A stretch of DNA of 64,000 nucleotides, taken from positions 28,829,504 through 28,893,503 of the forward strand of contig OZ037765.1 in the NCBI GenBank assembly GCA_964035545.1, in the 5' to 3' direction. The translations under genes and the position numbers were made by a program. Positions within the stretch are counted from its first letter, which is position 1; each line of letters opens with the position of its first letter. Shown here one piece after another: positions 24,602-39,249 of the stretch. This DNA is from Bugula neritina (lineage: Eukaryota > Animalia > Bryozoa). Under the pieces are notes generated by a model, which was not told where the DNA came from, searched no databases, and saw only the letters and a program-made list of their open reading frames with translations.

Positions 24602-27600
24602 ATGCCGCCCACCCAAGACCGAAGGGCTCAGTCCGCTTCTGCTGACCGTAGCAAAAGTTTTAAAGCTAAACTCGGTACCACCAACATTGTGAGTTATGAG
24701 GACTTGCTTATAGCTCAGTATATTGACGACATCAAGAAAGGGCCTGATGTAGGCAACAAAACTGGGTGAGAATGACTGCAACTTTTCCTGTAAACCTGTC
24801 ACTTCATTTCTAAAGCGCATTGCAACATGCATATAAACAGGCTCTGTTTAGTTGGTTGGTTTAATATGTATTGTAATAGATTATGTACTTTCAAGCTTAT
24901 AGGCTAACTTGGTGTTGTTTTGTTTGCAATTGTAGGCAGCTTTGTTGATATTTTTAAAAGTCATAATATCAAAATATATTGATGTTTTAAATTCATTAAA
25001 TAAAAATAAAAGTTCATAATTTTCTTTTTTCTTGTTACCATTTTACTTTAGTACTTGACCAAAAATATATGGTAAGTTAAGCATAAAGTGTCACTCATCA
25101 TATAAAAATAAAATGTTTGATACTTTTTATTAATTGCTTTAAAATTTGTTCATTAGACTAAGCCTGTTGTTGTTAGTGCAACAAAATAAGTTTCTGGTAA
25201 GCTTATGAGCAATTACAAGTTTTCAGATTTCCTACCTTCTGTGTTTTTGTTTTTTGTTTTAACTTTTGGGGCACATGAAAGCTTTCTAAAAGCCAATGTA
25301 TAGACCTATGTTTGAAAGCATTTGTTTTATTAATTTACATACCTGTTGGGCAAAAATTTGAATTTATTATAATTTAAAAAAGCTATGCTACAAGTTTTAA
25401 AACGTATTGTTGATTTTAACCTATACAGGAGCTCACCATATTTGGGCAAGTATCATTCTTTGGAAGAAGGTCTGCTGAAGCAGGGTATGAGTGTATTACC
25501 TCATTCTGGTAAGAAGGAGAGGCCAGTCTCAGCTCAGCATGTAAACAGGTCAGCTTTACTAAGTACCATGTGGTTGTGGTTCTTAATCTTTCAAGTTTCT
25601 CATTTATTAAAATACAATTTATTTTGTTTAAATTGCGTTTACATATATAAGTGTTATATTTATTTTGAAATTTGAGGCTTACTTTCAATATAAATATATT
25701 TACTTGGTGCAGTTGCTATGTTTTAGACATACAACCTATTCAGCTAAAACTGAATACAGCAGCACAAGATTTAGTAGTGCAAAACCTGGTAAACGTCAAA
25801 AGCCAAAGATTGATGCCAAGTTTATAGCAGATCCGGAGTTGTGGGACCCTGCCACACCTAGAGAGGAGAAAACTCAAGTCAGAAGAACTAGAAGCGCCCA
25901 TGTTAGAACACAGAGTGCTCAGAATAGGTAACATGTCTTTTTAATCTGTTTGAAGTTCTTTCACTTATTTGAGTTGTGCTAATTGGCTGCAAATATAAAA
26001 TAATAGGCTTGGTTGTATTAGGAGTTTACATACAACTGGTATTCTTTGTAGCATATAGCAGTTGCCTTGACTTAGTGAATATTTGATAGTGCAGGGCAAA
26101 ATTTTCATGCCTCTATTTTAACAAAGTTTATATATTTTTTTTCAATCTGATCAAAATTGTATTTTAAAACTAAATTTAAACAAACTGCATAAAACCAAAT
26201 AGGCCAACTTGAAAGTTTTAACAAATCTGTATAACTGAATTGATGGATAGAAATGTGTATTAGCTTATGTTTTACATGTTACAGGCCAGATTCTGCCAAG
26301 CAATCATATTCGATGCTGATAGACCACGAACTGTACATGGCTAGGCGGCCTAAGAAAAAGAAACCACTGTACAAGAGGCAGCCCTACGTCATCAGATGCA
26401 CCGTGTACAAGAATGGTGACAGAGATGTTTTCACTCAGGTGGCAGCACCTAATGTCAAGCAACTGTTGGAGTCTTGCACCATCAAACTGCAGCTTAATGG
26501 TGCTGCCAGAAGGATGTTTCTAGAAGATGGTAGTGAGATTTTCGAGACCAATGAAATTCCTAAAGATGGCGAAATATACGTTTCTAATGGTGAAGCATTC
26601 AAGAACCCTTTTACAACATTGATCAGTAAGTAATGTCAACCTTCCCCTGGTTAGTTTTGAGGATATAGAAACCTTTTTAAATTAATTATTAAAAAGACAC
26701 ATTGCATGTGCATTCCATACTTTGAACTATATTTTGTCATTACACTGAAGCCAAAATTTAAACAATTTGACTTTTAATTTCAGAACGACATGAGCAGAAG
26801 GATCAGCTGCAGTGGACCATGTCAGGTCTAGCCTTGCCTGCCGGCAAAAAAAAGAAGTCAAAATTTCTCTTGTCTAAAAGGTTCAAAGAGATGGTAACTG
26901 TTAGCAACAGAAGAATCATGGTTTACTTGAATGGACAGCACACCAACTGTGTTGAGGTTATATCTGACCTCAAGTCTATGGACGATGTATGTCATTTATA
27001 ATATTAATAATTTAGGAGTTGTCATCTGCTGTAAAATAGTAGCTCAACAAATTTCAAGGCATATTTTGAATTATGTTTTTTGTCATAGTAATTATTATAA
27101 AAGCTATAGCCATGAAAAGTGACGGTAAACATTTAGTTTGTGACAGATTTTTATCATGCATATATAAGAAATGGTCTATCAAAAACACAGCTGTAAGTTG
27201 TAGATTGTCTTGTAGTTCCTAGGGGCTGTCACCAGCAAGCTTGCTCTAAGAAGTCATGCTAGAATTATCTATGACTGGTCAGGCAAGGAAATTAAAGATT
27301 TTGAAAGCAGTGAGTTGTTTTCTCATTTTGTGTTAAAAGGCTAGTTTTGCTTCCTTGACACATTTAGAGTTGGAACCGCATAATCCAGTAGTGAAAAAAT
27401 GACTATGCATAGTATAGTATACATTTTTTTCTTGGCTTTGGTGGTACATGCAACACATGAACACTTTTGCAGTTGTCCTCTCATTATTCAGTCCATAGCT
27501 TTTTGTCATTAGCTTTTGTAATGTATTATGGTGCAAACGCTAGACAAAACTCAGGTGCTGCATGAATATTGTACAGAAATAAGAGTTTGAGGAAGTGGTT

Positions 27601-30600
27601 GATACATACTTGGTAAAACAAATCTTTGTTTTATCAATGGAATCTGTCAACCTAATTACTGCTGTACCATAAAACACAGCATTTTGTCTACTTAAATTTA
27701 ATGATGATGTTATGAAGTAAAACTTGCTAAGCATCTGTTATTATTATCGTGTCCAGTAAAAACGGCTCATCAAGCAATTTCATCAGTAAATTACAGCAAA
27801 CTTTTGGCCAAGTATCTTTATATTTGAAACTTTCAGAATTTGAACCTGAGCAACATACACATTTAGTTTCCGTAGTTTAATTTAAATATCTTGTCAATCA
27901 TTATGGCATATACAATTCAAGTTGTATTTTAGGTACTAAGATAAGACTTTAACTGAACTGTGAGCATTTGCTTGCTGTTTTATTGCAGTTGTACTTATGT
28001 ATATATCATGCTACTATATTTTTAGTCATTATGAACATATTTTGCAAAAATTCAAAGTCAACGACATTGTATCAACATTGACTTGGGTTTTCTAATATTT
28101 TATATCTGGATAACCATTTAAATATAGTTTGGATTCTTAAATGCTTCTATGTTTGTTAACCTCTTCTACTGTATTTTAGTACCAGTAATGGACCCTTGTT
28201 TACAAGAAGCTGGGACCCTAGTCCTGGGACCGGTTTGGGCCTCGTGTAGTGGAGGGTTCAGTCCCTCTGGTGCATGCAAGTTTCTTGAGAGTATTATTAC
28301 TCACTTGAGGAAGAGCTTGAAGGAGTCAAAATACAACAAGACACAAGTGAGTCCGGCCTCAACTATGTAAAAGTCACACACGATAATTATTCCAATATTG
28401 AAGTTTTTCAATTATAATTATTCCAATTGCAAACTTTTTACCTACTTTACTAGTCAAAGAGTGTAAAAGTAATTTAGTTTCCGATATCTTACTTGATGCA
28501 TGGTTGCTGCTAGCAGTGTCTTCCCTTTTACCCAACTGTAAATTGGCACTGTGTCTCTTTATGCAATTACCTCCTCTTTGCCATTTCTTCACTCCATATG
28601 GTTACCTATTCATGACTTATTGTTTCTCATTTATCTTCTTAGTTATTAATAGAGCCAAACCATCGCCATGCACATATTTCATTATATTTATTCTTCTATG
28701 GTCAAATGTATAGGTTTATGATGAATAAGTTTATTATGCACAGAACATGTCAATTATAGCTGACTAGTACAGAGAGAGTGAAAACAGGCTGTACCTAAAA
28801 CATTAACTATTTAGCTTTTTTCTGAGAGCTTGTATATCAACAATGCTATAATAGCCTACAACAAAATTTGTTGAAATCCTTTTTCATCCACATCTAACTT
28901 ATAGTCAACAATGTCAATAGTGCTATTTTATCTAACTGCTGCTGTTCCACTACCTAATGATATGGCGCAGGCAGTATGTGGCTCTCTATTATGGCGTTTC
29001 TATGCTCCCTGAACACTAGAAATCTTCTAACTTACATCAGTCTATGACACCACATATACTCAGCTTTTGTTGTTAATATTTTTTTCAACTCCATGTGCCA
29101 CTTTTTTCCTTCTTTCAACACATCTTAGCTTTACCTGCTATCATTTTCTGTTTATTTTATTTATTTTGTATTCAATTAGTAATCAACTTTTAAAAGTGTT
29201 TGTTAATTTTCTGATAGATGATGCATGCAAAAAATGGTGAAACTGTTGAGTTGGTGGCTTTATCGTCTTTGTCAATGGCAGAATTGGATACAAACATTTC
29301 TGAGCTAAACCAGGACATATCCAATATGTCCACCACGCTCAAAAAGATGAAGAAAATACACAGCGAAATCAGTGAAGACGCCAAGAAGGAAGAGGTTTGT
29401 AGTGAATATGTCTTAGGTGTACTATACTATAAACTGTTTTGGAAACTTTCTCACCCTTCAACTTCAACTATTTGCAGGATGAGGGATATTCCTATGTCCT
29501 GCAACACATCAAGGAAATCGATGCTAGTGACAATGCTGTGGGAGGAAGTGGACTTAAGCTAAAGGTTTTCCGCAATGGTGATTATGGTAAACCAGCCATT
29601 GTTTACTTCAACACAAGGCAAGCTTCTCGTGGCATCAAAGACAGTAAATTGATATTTGAACGGGTAGGTTTGAGCTGTTTTTGTTTTAATTAGTATATAG
29701 AACCTATACAACAAACTCGCATAAACATTCATTATATTTTGAATATGTTTATGAATGTGTAAAATTTAATACTTCCATTTGTGTGCTGGCATACACTGGT
29801 TGTACATTTGCTGTATTGTACATAGTGACATGGTGTTGTAGCTGTTAGACCAGTGTGCTAGTAGAGTGACCTCTACCTCAAGCCAAGGCACAAAGTTTGC
29901 CAGGCGACTCTTTGATGTAAATGGAGACGAGATTAAAGATATTTACAGTCTTAAATCGGAACAGGAAATATTCGTATCAACTGGGGAACCATTTAAGATG
30001 CCTTATGGTAGACAATATTATATTATCATATTGATTGCAGTTGAATCTAAATTTTACATCACCAAATCAAACGTTATAAGCTTAGAACATGGCCTTAGGA
30101 TTTATTTAGTGATTCGATCACTGTTAGTATTTCTATGTCACAAGCCTTTCTACAAGCAACAGTTCATCTCTTCAACATTTTATCTCTATTTACATGTTAC
30201 CTCCTCCTTAAAACTTCAGTTTCACAAACTTGACATGAATATGTTAAATTTTTAGTTTATTTAAGAAAAAATACAATTAATAGACTACTTACCAAATTTG
30301 TAAGCTATTCGAATTTTTCTTCACTTTTCTTACTTGATATAAGTTGTTTTAAATTATAATTTTTATAGTATGACATTCAGGTGAGGATAGTTCATGTTTT
30401 TTTCATAGTTCTTTGCCTCGAAGCATTTTTTGAGCAAGTAAAGGGAGTAGACATGCAGTATCCTCATGAGTCACCACCGCGGCAGACAGCAGTGTTTGAC
30501 CAAAGTGTAACTTATCTGGAAACTCAAAAGACAGAGTGGGAAGGTAGTATTGGCTTCCCTGCTGATTATCATTGGTTTACATGCTCGGAGGCTACAAAAC

Positions 30601-33600
30601 CTGAGATAAGGGAAGAGATCTTAGAAAGCAAAGAGTTGGACATTAACAGCCATTGGCTAGTGCATAAGGAGAAGGTTTGTATTTTGTCTATTTTGCATAA
30701 TGTTTTAAATTGGTTCTATTATGTGTTATATTCTCATCATAGAATTGTCATTTCTATTCGGAGTCTAGTTGTTGTTAATATATCGCAGTGCAGTGTATGT
30801 GTGTTGTGTGAATTGGGCTATTAAAATAGCTAGAAAATGGGCACCAAAAAGTTTGTTATTATGCATTTTAGTATCTAGGCAACCTTATATTAAAAGTGCC
30901 TATTTGGTAACTCTGTAAAGTTAAAAATGATTACATACATTAATGGAATAGTTTGGAGTTGTGTACTGCAGCTAACGTTGGGCATTAGTGCACTTTTAAA
31001 TGTTGAAAGTATAAATAGCCTATGTTCTGCTGAACACCCGGCCATAGTATATGAATTCCTTTATAATGAGGTAGTTATCAGTAGGAAGGCATGCTAATTG
31101 ACTAACTCACATTGTGTTTACAGAGAGACATGGTGCTCTACCCATCTCTTATTGTCTCAGACAGAAAGAAGAAGGGCGCCAATGACCTGTGGCCCGCGGA
31201 AGCCCAGCTGTGGGTCTTGAATAAAGTCAGTTTTTCTACTAGAATATTCTACCAGTTTACAGCTTCAAAACAAACATTTACATCTATAGTGATAACTGCA
31301 TCTTACTGCATGCTAAACTTTCTCTTTTCGTCATTTATCAACAATTTTTTTGAATAGTTGCTTTATATGCTACAACTTTTTATCTGTATTTTATTTGCTT
31401 GAATTTGCAAGTTGTAAGATTAATTTCCCTGACTCAAGCGATAGTCTAATACTTGGAGAACATTGCAGGGCGGCTACATCGCTTGCAGAGGAATGCCCCA
31501 TATGGTCATGGCTGTACTGGACACCAGAGTAGACTGTGAGACTAAAGGCAAATCTAAGGTCCGAGTCACAGGCTATGCTGTCGGCTTGCAAAAGCGTCAG
31601 GAAGGCAACCCTGCGCAGCAATGGAGGTTCACAAATGATGGCTCAGTCTACTCCATGGTAAGTTGTCTCCCCTTGAAGCTGAACTGTCTAAGCTGCATGT
31701 ATGTAATAGTATAAGGTGTAGATATATTATCTTAGCTACAACCTAGAGCTGTTTATTCAAAAAAATTATATATGACTCATTCACTCACTTATTATCCCAC
31801 TGTTAGTCTAGAAGTAACCTCCAATTATCTTTCACTCATTACACTTCGAGGGGTGGCCACGGAATTTTTTTAGAAATGGAGAGTTTTAAGGGTCCTAATT
31901 AATCTGTGAAAACTCTAGAATATTCTGTGCACCCAGTTAGCCACAAAAGCGCTTCAAACTTTTAAAATGAATCAGGAGTTGTCTTCTCTTAACGTTTTTG
32001 TGATATGGCTAAATATCTTAGAATTATTGAAGCTAATTTATTTTATATAAGCAAAATAATTTTGTTGATAATATTAGATACTTTTCTCACTTTTCTGTTA
32101 TAACAGCTCTAAATTTTTTTGCTCACCCAGTTAGTCACAAAATCTCCTTAAACTTTTACAGGAGTTGTTTCCCCACAACTTTGTCAAAATCTGTTAGGTT
32201 TTATCTTGAAATTATTGAAGCTAGCTTATTATATATACAAGCAAAAACTTTTGCAGGTAATCATAGATGTGTTTTTCACTTCTTTGAGTTTAATGCTAGT
32301 AATTTTCTTGTGAAAAAAATCTGAAAAAAATGGACTATATGGACGAAAACAAGCAAAGGATTGGGTTTTTTAGTTATAAGGCGAACATTATTATTGATCA
32401 GCTATAAAAAAGCCGAATTATAAGTAAATTTGTCTCTAATAATGATTTTTTTCACAATTTTTATTATAATAACTACTTTTACAAAAAAGTAATGAGACGC
32501 CTGAGCAGGTTGGTCTGGACTCCGGAAGATAATATTTCAAATATGTACAATTGAGCTTTGCCAATAAACTTAAGCTGAACTATATATATACATAAGCAAT
32601 TTGGTTTTTAAAACAATGCTATTGGCTAAAATGCATATTTTTATCTTATCTTATATAATGGCTCTATAGTCGATTTAGCTCAGTTATAGTTACAGAAGAA
32701 ATACCCTAAAGCGTTCCTATATAATTTAAAATATATATGGTATTATTTAAGCCACCCATTAGAAAAATGATCTGGAGCTGCCTTATTCAAAGATCATGGG
32801 CATGTACTCTTTTCATGTGTGTCATTTGTCACAAAAAGAATAATTTCTTATTAGCAAATAGAACAAGCTGGGTTTAAGACTGGTGCCTTTTTGTGTGAAA
32901 CATGGCGTAAAAATACTTTAGAGAAACAAAATTGCTTTCAGCTAGAATTTTTCAAACATGGTGGAATTCCTAGGAAAACAGAACTCAAATGCTTACAATT
33001 AGATTACGAGGTAGCAGGTACACAATCTTTTTTGCATCTTAAGACATTGATGTTTTCATCTTAAGTCTATACATCTATTTGCAAAACATTACCTTCTTGC
33101 CAAATATTTTTTTTCACAGGTGTGGTAATCATGGTTTCATTCCAGATAGAGGCTAGGCTAAATTTTTTACTTAAATGCTAATTATTTATTTTGGTAAAAT
33201 ATATTTTTATGTGCAATTTATTTTAATAATATTGAAATATATGTATATTTAAATAAACTTGAATCAATTGCTTGTTATTTAACACATAAATAAGTTCCTT
33301 TGATCTGCATTAACTTATTAATTTTGTATATTTTATACATCTTGCATGCTGTTTGAAAAATATTTCAATAATAAGTATCCATTAAAGATAGTGTCCATAA
33401 TTTTTAATGTATTACTACTTTTTGTCCCACACAAATTAATAAAAAGTAATAGAATATTATTCATAATTCATGTTACTGGTAGCTATTATAGCTATTAGCA
33501 TATTAGCTATTTAGCAATCAATACAACGGTATATAGGTAATATTAATGTATATGGTAACAAAATAGAAATATAATGTCTATTTGGGAGGAAACCATAATC

Positions 33601-36600
33601 ATATGAGGTATTTGGATGTCAACATTGCAGCAAATAAAGCCGGACCACAGTTGTATGCAGCACCTACTATAGAGTTCATGTTTTAACAGGTTGTGATTTG
33701 ACAATAATGCTTTTTATGGAAAAGGATAGCGCACAGCCTACTCTCTTTTGAGAAAATATCTAGAATGTATGGTATGCTTTGAACACCTCTGCAAGTATTT
33801 CAAGCTGCCAGCCATTACAGCGGCTGAAGTAGAACAATTTGTCTATAAACTTTATGGAGCAGGAAATTCAAATATAGATGATATCCGATACACTTTATTT
33901 TGTTCACCATCTAAAAGAACTCAATGCAGTTTGCCTCCAAGAAAAGATGAATTAAATGTGCACGTAAAAAGAGCAAATCATCAGGCAGTCATTTGGAGAA
34001 GGATGAAAACAGCCTATATTGATGCACCACCCCCAGAACACCATGGGGGGATTGTTGAGAATCATCGCAGCAAAGATATAAAGAGGATGATTCAAGCTTC
34101 TGCACCTAAGCATGTATATTGCAGAGTTTAAACTGCTCCTGTAAGACCGGCTGCAACATATCAAGATGTGGATGTCAGAAGTCTCAAATGCAGTGCACTG
34201 ATGTTTGTCAATGTAAAGATTGTCTGAAAAGAAGTGCTATATTGGGGAAGAAGAAGCTGATGAGACCGACGACAGTGACAATGATGGCGAGAATACTTTT
34301 TCATAATAAAGCACTATTTTTAGACATTTGTTATATATTTGGCTGCAAACAATTTGATTTTGATCATCTCTCATGCTTCTATTTCTCTAAATAGTTTTAC
34401 AGAATCTTGTTGATTTTTGCAGATGTTAAACGGCTATACTGACAGACTAGCAAATGATTCACTTGGGCTGTGCTCAAAAGATTTCAATATTTATTCATTT
34501 CAACATTTATTTTATGCTATAATTTTATAAATCTAGTTTTTCACACTTCAGCATAACTTTTTTTTATCTTTGTATAAATAACTTGGTCATATACAACTAT
34601 TCTGCATGCTTATACCGCATGCAATATGTCGATTCATAACAAATATATATGTTTATATAAACAACTTGATTTTAATTTAAGATAGCGTCTTGCAGTCTTC
34701 AAATTCAGTATCAGCATAGTATTCTAGGTAAGAGGCAATCATTTTTCATATTTCAGAAAACATTTTTCCTTCAAGATAGCTTAGTAAAATTGGATACTAT
34801 TTTGCACAATCTACATTTCTTTTTATCACCCATCCAAAATGGCAATTCGTTTTTTTGCAATAACTTGAGTTTGGGTAGAGATAGAATTCTAGAGTTTGTA
34901 GATTCAAAATCAGCACAGAATTCTGATCTAGAAACAACTTTTTTTGAGTGGCCACCCAGTAAAGTGTAATAAGCCAATTTTTTGAGCACTTTTCGGGAGG
35001 TTACTTCTAGACTATGTGTTTAGTTGAGAAGGTAATTGACATAACTATTGGATTGTCAATAAGCCATTTGACCAATACAACCTAGCAGAAAAATTCTGAA
35101 AGTCCAATTCTGTTTCTATTGTTTAGGTGTCCTGCAGACGCTTTTTCTTGCATGTTTTGACCTTAGCTCATATGTACTATATCATATGTAATGTTTAGAA
35201 TTATAATATGGTTGTAACTACTGCTACTATTGTAAGTTATAATCACTATTTTACTCACTGGTGATAAATTACTAGGTGGTTTTGTAGTTTTCAAAATCTA
35301 TTTGTTTGCTGTAGATCTTGTTTTTTATTTTGTACACAGTAAGCCTAGTTTAATATAAAGTACTACAGCTACTAATGGAACATATAACCTTGAGCTCTAT
35401 AAAAACATAATGGTATATCTACATGTTCAATAGCTATATGAAGCGCAACAGTACTCGGTACGATTTCCTTATTTTGGTTTTACCTCTCTTTCTTTTAAAT
35501 TTTGGTATTCATATTTAACAGCAAAACTGACTTGCACCGCTTTAAAATTCTGTTATGTTTCCTCTAATAATTTTCTTATTCTCCATCGTATTGTGTATAG
35601 TTTATAATTCCTGACACAAACCTTCTGTTACAATTTCTTTGCTGTAAGCTATTTATATATTTGTTGGTGTAGTGTTGGAGTTGTGTTCTCTATTTTGGTG
35701 TTGATTGTGGGAATGAAATCCTCAACTCAGAGCACCTTAGAGAGATGCATAAAGCCCAAAATATATAGGGCTAGTGAGGGCAGGCGTCTAAAACCACCTT
35801 TTCGGAACTCCTTATAAGTACTGACCTGTGGTTTTACATTGTACTTACTTGACACCACAACTTTATACTTTGTTTCTGACAGCTGCTTGGACCAACATGC
35901 TGTTCTTATTGTTCTGCTTCAGATATTTTCAACTTTTAATAGCTGGTGTTAATATCACTATACAGCTATATATCACTAAACTATTCATTTGAGCTATTAA
36001 TTTTTGGGACAACAATTTTGATTCATGTAATTTTTTAAACATTATGTACGTATACAGCTCTATTTCTCTGATAGTTTACTCTTGAATTGCGTTTTAATGA
36101 TTTTTATATTTTTCTTTACATGTAGACACTCAAATTTAGATAAATGATGTCTCATTTTGAAATTTTGCTGCTGATGCTGCTCTGTAATAGAGCTATTAGA
36201 GAAATACTCTCTTCATTAGACTGCCTTTATATGTTACAGTCACAGCCTGAGTTGATTCTCACATTCCTGGGGGCAAAGTACAGTAGAATAGAGGAGGAGA
36301 TGGTGGTGAATGAAGTGGAAGGAGTACCCAATGGGTTTGTACCTCACTTGGCGGTCTGTGAAAAGATAGCTGGTAAAGAAGCTTCCCTTCAGAGGTAACT
36401 TCTAATACCTGTGATTCAACTTTCTGTATGTATATAAATTTGAATTTGAAAATATTATGGTCACCTTTCACCGCCGTAGTCCTTCATGGGTGGTGGGAAT
36501 TTGAATATATAATTCTTTGAATTAATATTTTCTAAATATTTTATCAATTTTAAAAACTTTTATATCATTCATATAAATATATATAATATATATAAATATA

Positions 36601-39205
36601 TATGTGTGTGCTTGCATGCGTGATGTATAAAACTTCACGAATGCTCTTAAACAGCTTGCCACATTAAAAATAGTCAATAAATAGACTATCAACTGTTTTA
36701 AGTCATGTATGATGGGCTCAGTTTATAGAATATAAATATATTTATAAATTCTTGCTATTTATAGATTTGCAATGAAACAAGAAAGATTTGATAATCTCGG
36801 CCAGTGGAAACACAATGATCACGAAGTAGTCACGAACCCAGAGTTCAACAAGCTTGCTCTTTCGTGGCCGGTGAATAAAGACAATGAATGGAATGATAAG
36901 TTTGATTGGCCAATGGAATTTTATTTTATAGCTCAAGCTCCACCTCTGCAAAAATCTAAAAAGGACTCCTTAGGCCGTGAGTTTGTTAAATTTTAACTAA
37001 AATTTGCTTTTTGAGGACTTGCTTAACTATAATGAATGTTTTATAGGAAAGAGAAATATTTATTTTATATCTCTGCTAGCTGTAACTTGTCTGTATGGTT
37101 GTGTAAATTAAGATTTTATTTTGATAATGCATTGTACATTTATGCTGTGCAATCCATTCCAGTTGTTGCACCACATGTAGCTTTGTTTTATAGTTCATTT
37201 CTATATACACTTCATTCAGCTAATAAATTGTTTTGATATTTTATTTTCAACTAATAGTTTTGGTCAATTATTTAAAACATTTATTACATAATATACTGTA
37301 GATACACCACTCAGACTGATGGTTATGAAAAATGGTGAAACGAATGAGCGACATTCCTCGCCTGTGGTTGGACCAGACCTAACCAATGTAAGAAACATTC
37401 ACACTTCTCAAGTCCAGATATTAGGAAAAAATTTTCATAGTTTTGACCAATTTTTTAATAAAAACTACTTGGTATTTTGCTGAAAAAGAAACTTTAATTA
37501 TATTTTAAAGTTGAATGAACAGATCTGCATATGCTTGAATATTATAACACAACGTTTAGTGAATTTAGAATTAAAATCTCGAAAATATTTTACTATTCAA
37601 TATAATCAAGTGTCTATTATTACATTTTAACTCAATTTATAATTTATTATCATCACTCATGTTTCAGATGATGAGGGATTTGAGTAAGCCAGGTGGTAAA
37701 AAGTCACACCACCATGGTCACAGTCACGAAGGTCACAGTCACGGTAGTCATAGTCACGGTGCACACAGTAAGGAAAAGAAAAGCAGTGCTTGGACCAGTT
37801 CACCTCAAGATGACTCAGTCAGTGATTTCCCTCTGCACTGTGATGACTTGACCTTCAGAGAACTTGAGTTCAGACTCGTATGTCTTCAAACATAAAACTC
37901 AAACCAACATATGCTATAAAAACGCTTTATAATATGTTGGATAAAATGTCCGTTATTAAACTGGATAAAGTTTGCTTTTTTATATTGTTTTAATAATTTA
38001 CATTTGAATGAAGAGTTGTTAAACTTACGTATATAGTTGGGAAATAACTTATTTTATGCTTTTTTGCAAGTTTTTTGTTTCAAAAACTTAGATGAGAGAA
38101 AATACTGTTTTAGTTTCTGGAAAGGTGTACAAGTGCTTTGAACATGCCATTTGCTGCTCGAAGACTCTTTGATGCAGAAGGGAGAGAACATCATACTCTA
38201 AAAGATCTTAACCGCGATGAACTTGTATATGCAACTTGTGGGGAGGTGTGGATTGATCCTAAAATCAGTAAAGCTGAGTCTCAGAGGAGAATTCTGTTGA
38301 CTAGCTTGTCATCTGATATTGCTCAGATTCGACAGTTTTGTGCTCTACGAGACACAGAAGGTTTTTATCACCTAGTTTTATGTGCTTTTGCTGTCATTAG
38401 CAACTGCTTCTATACAGTAGATGTGGTCTGCTATGCTTGAGTTGTAAGCATCATGTTATACAACTTTGTTTAGGTTTAGCAGTTTGTGGCACACCTAAAC
38501 TGTAAATCATCACCATATAGTGAACTACAGTGCGCCCTCCATATAAATGCGGGTCCTGAAACCTCAATCTGTGACAATGGAATATCAGATTTCTCATATA
38601 CATAAACCACAAAATAGGGGTCAAGCCCTTCTTGTGACCTATGGAACTTCATGAGAAATGAATCCGTGAGATATTGAGGGAGCATGTACTTTTCCTGTAT
38701 TGGGCTAAATAGCCACCAATGTGCTTGTGAAAAAACGAATATTTATTGTGTATGCATTGTCGCTCTTGTTTCTTTACTTCTTATTAAGGACACATATTTT
38801 TTATGTACTTTCTTGTCTTTTTTTCCGGTGTAGCTCTTATATGTACTTTCCTCTAATTTATCTTTTGTCACGTAGTGTTGCCTTACTTCTGTGTAGCAAT
38901 CAACTCAATGCGTCTTGTAGGATATGTCCTGGAAGTTGAAGGAGCAGCAGTGCCCAATGCTAAGGTAGTTCTTAATCGTTGTCCTGAAATGCAGGAAAAG
39001 ATTGAGACGGAGGCTGCCGAGCAGGAAAGGCAGCAGAGAGAGGAGACTAATGCTATTATAGAACAAGACTTGCTAGATGCCAACACGTGCGTTTTTATAA
39101 GTTAGACATGTGAAGGTGTTTGTATAGTCTATCATTCGATATAATTATAAACACTATTCAAAGCATAAACCTAATCTAACTTTTTATATATCATAATATA
39201 ATATC

Positions 39206-39249
<44 letters not shown>

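Larger units (their letters stand above)
31804..35014 (+). mobile_element. Internally deleted, decayed DNA transposon, most likely Academ superfamily, 3.2 kb, in DCDC1 intron 13
   Basis: Perfect 19-bp terminal inverted match TAGTCTAGAAGTAACCTCC / GGAGGTTACTTCTAGACTA, extended by ATTACACTT and GGGTGGCCAC inverted blocks. 3-bp TSD TGT (31801-31803, 35015-35017). TAG...CTA termini. Contains a transposase remnant. Confidence 0.85.
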
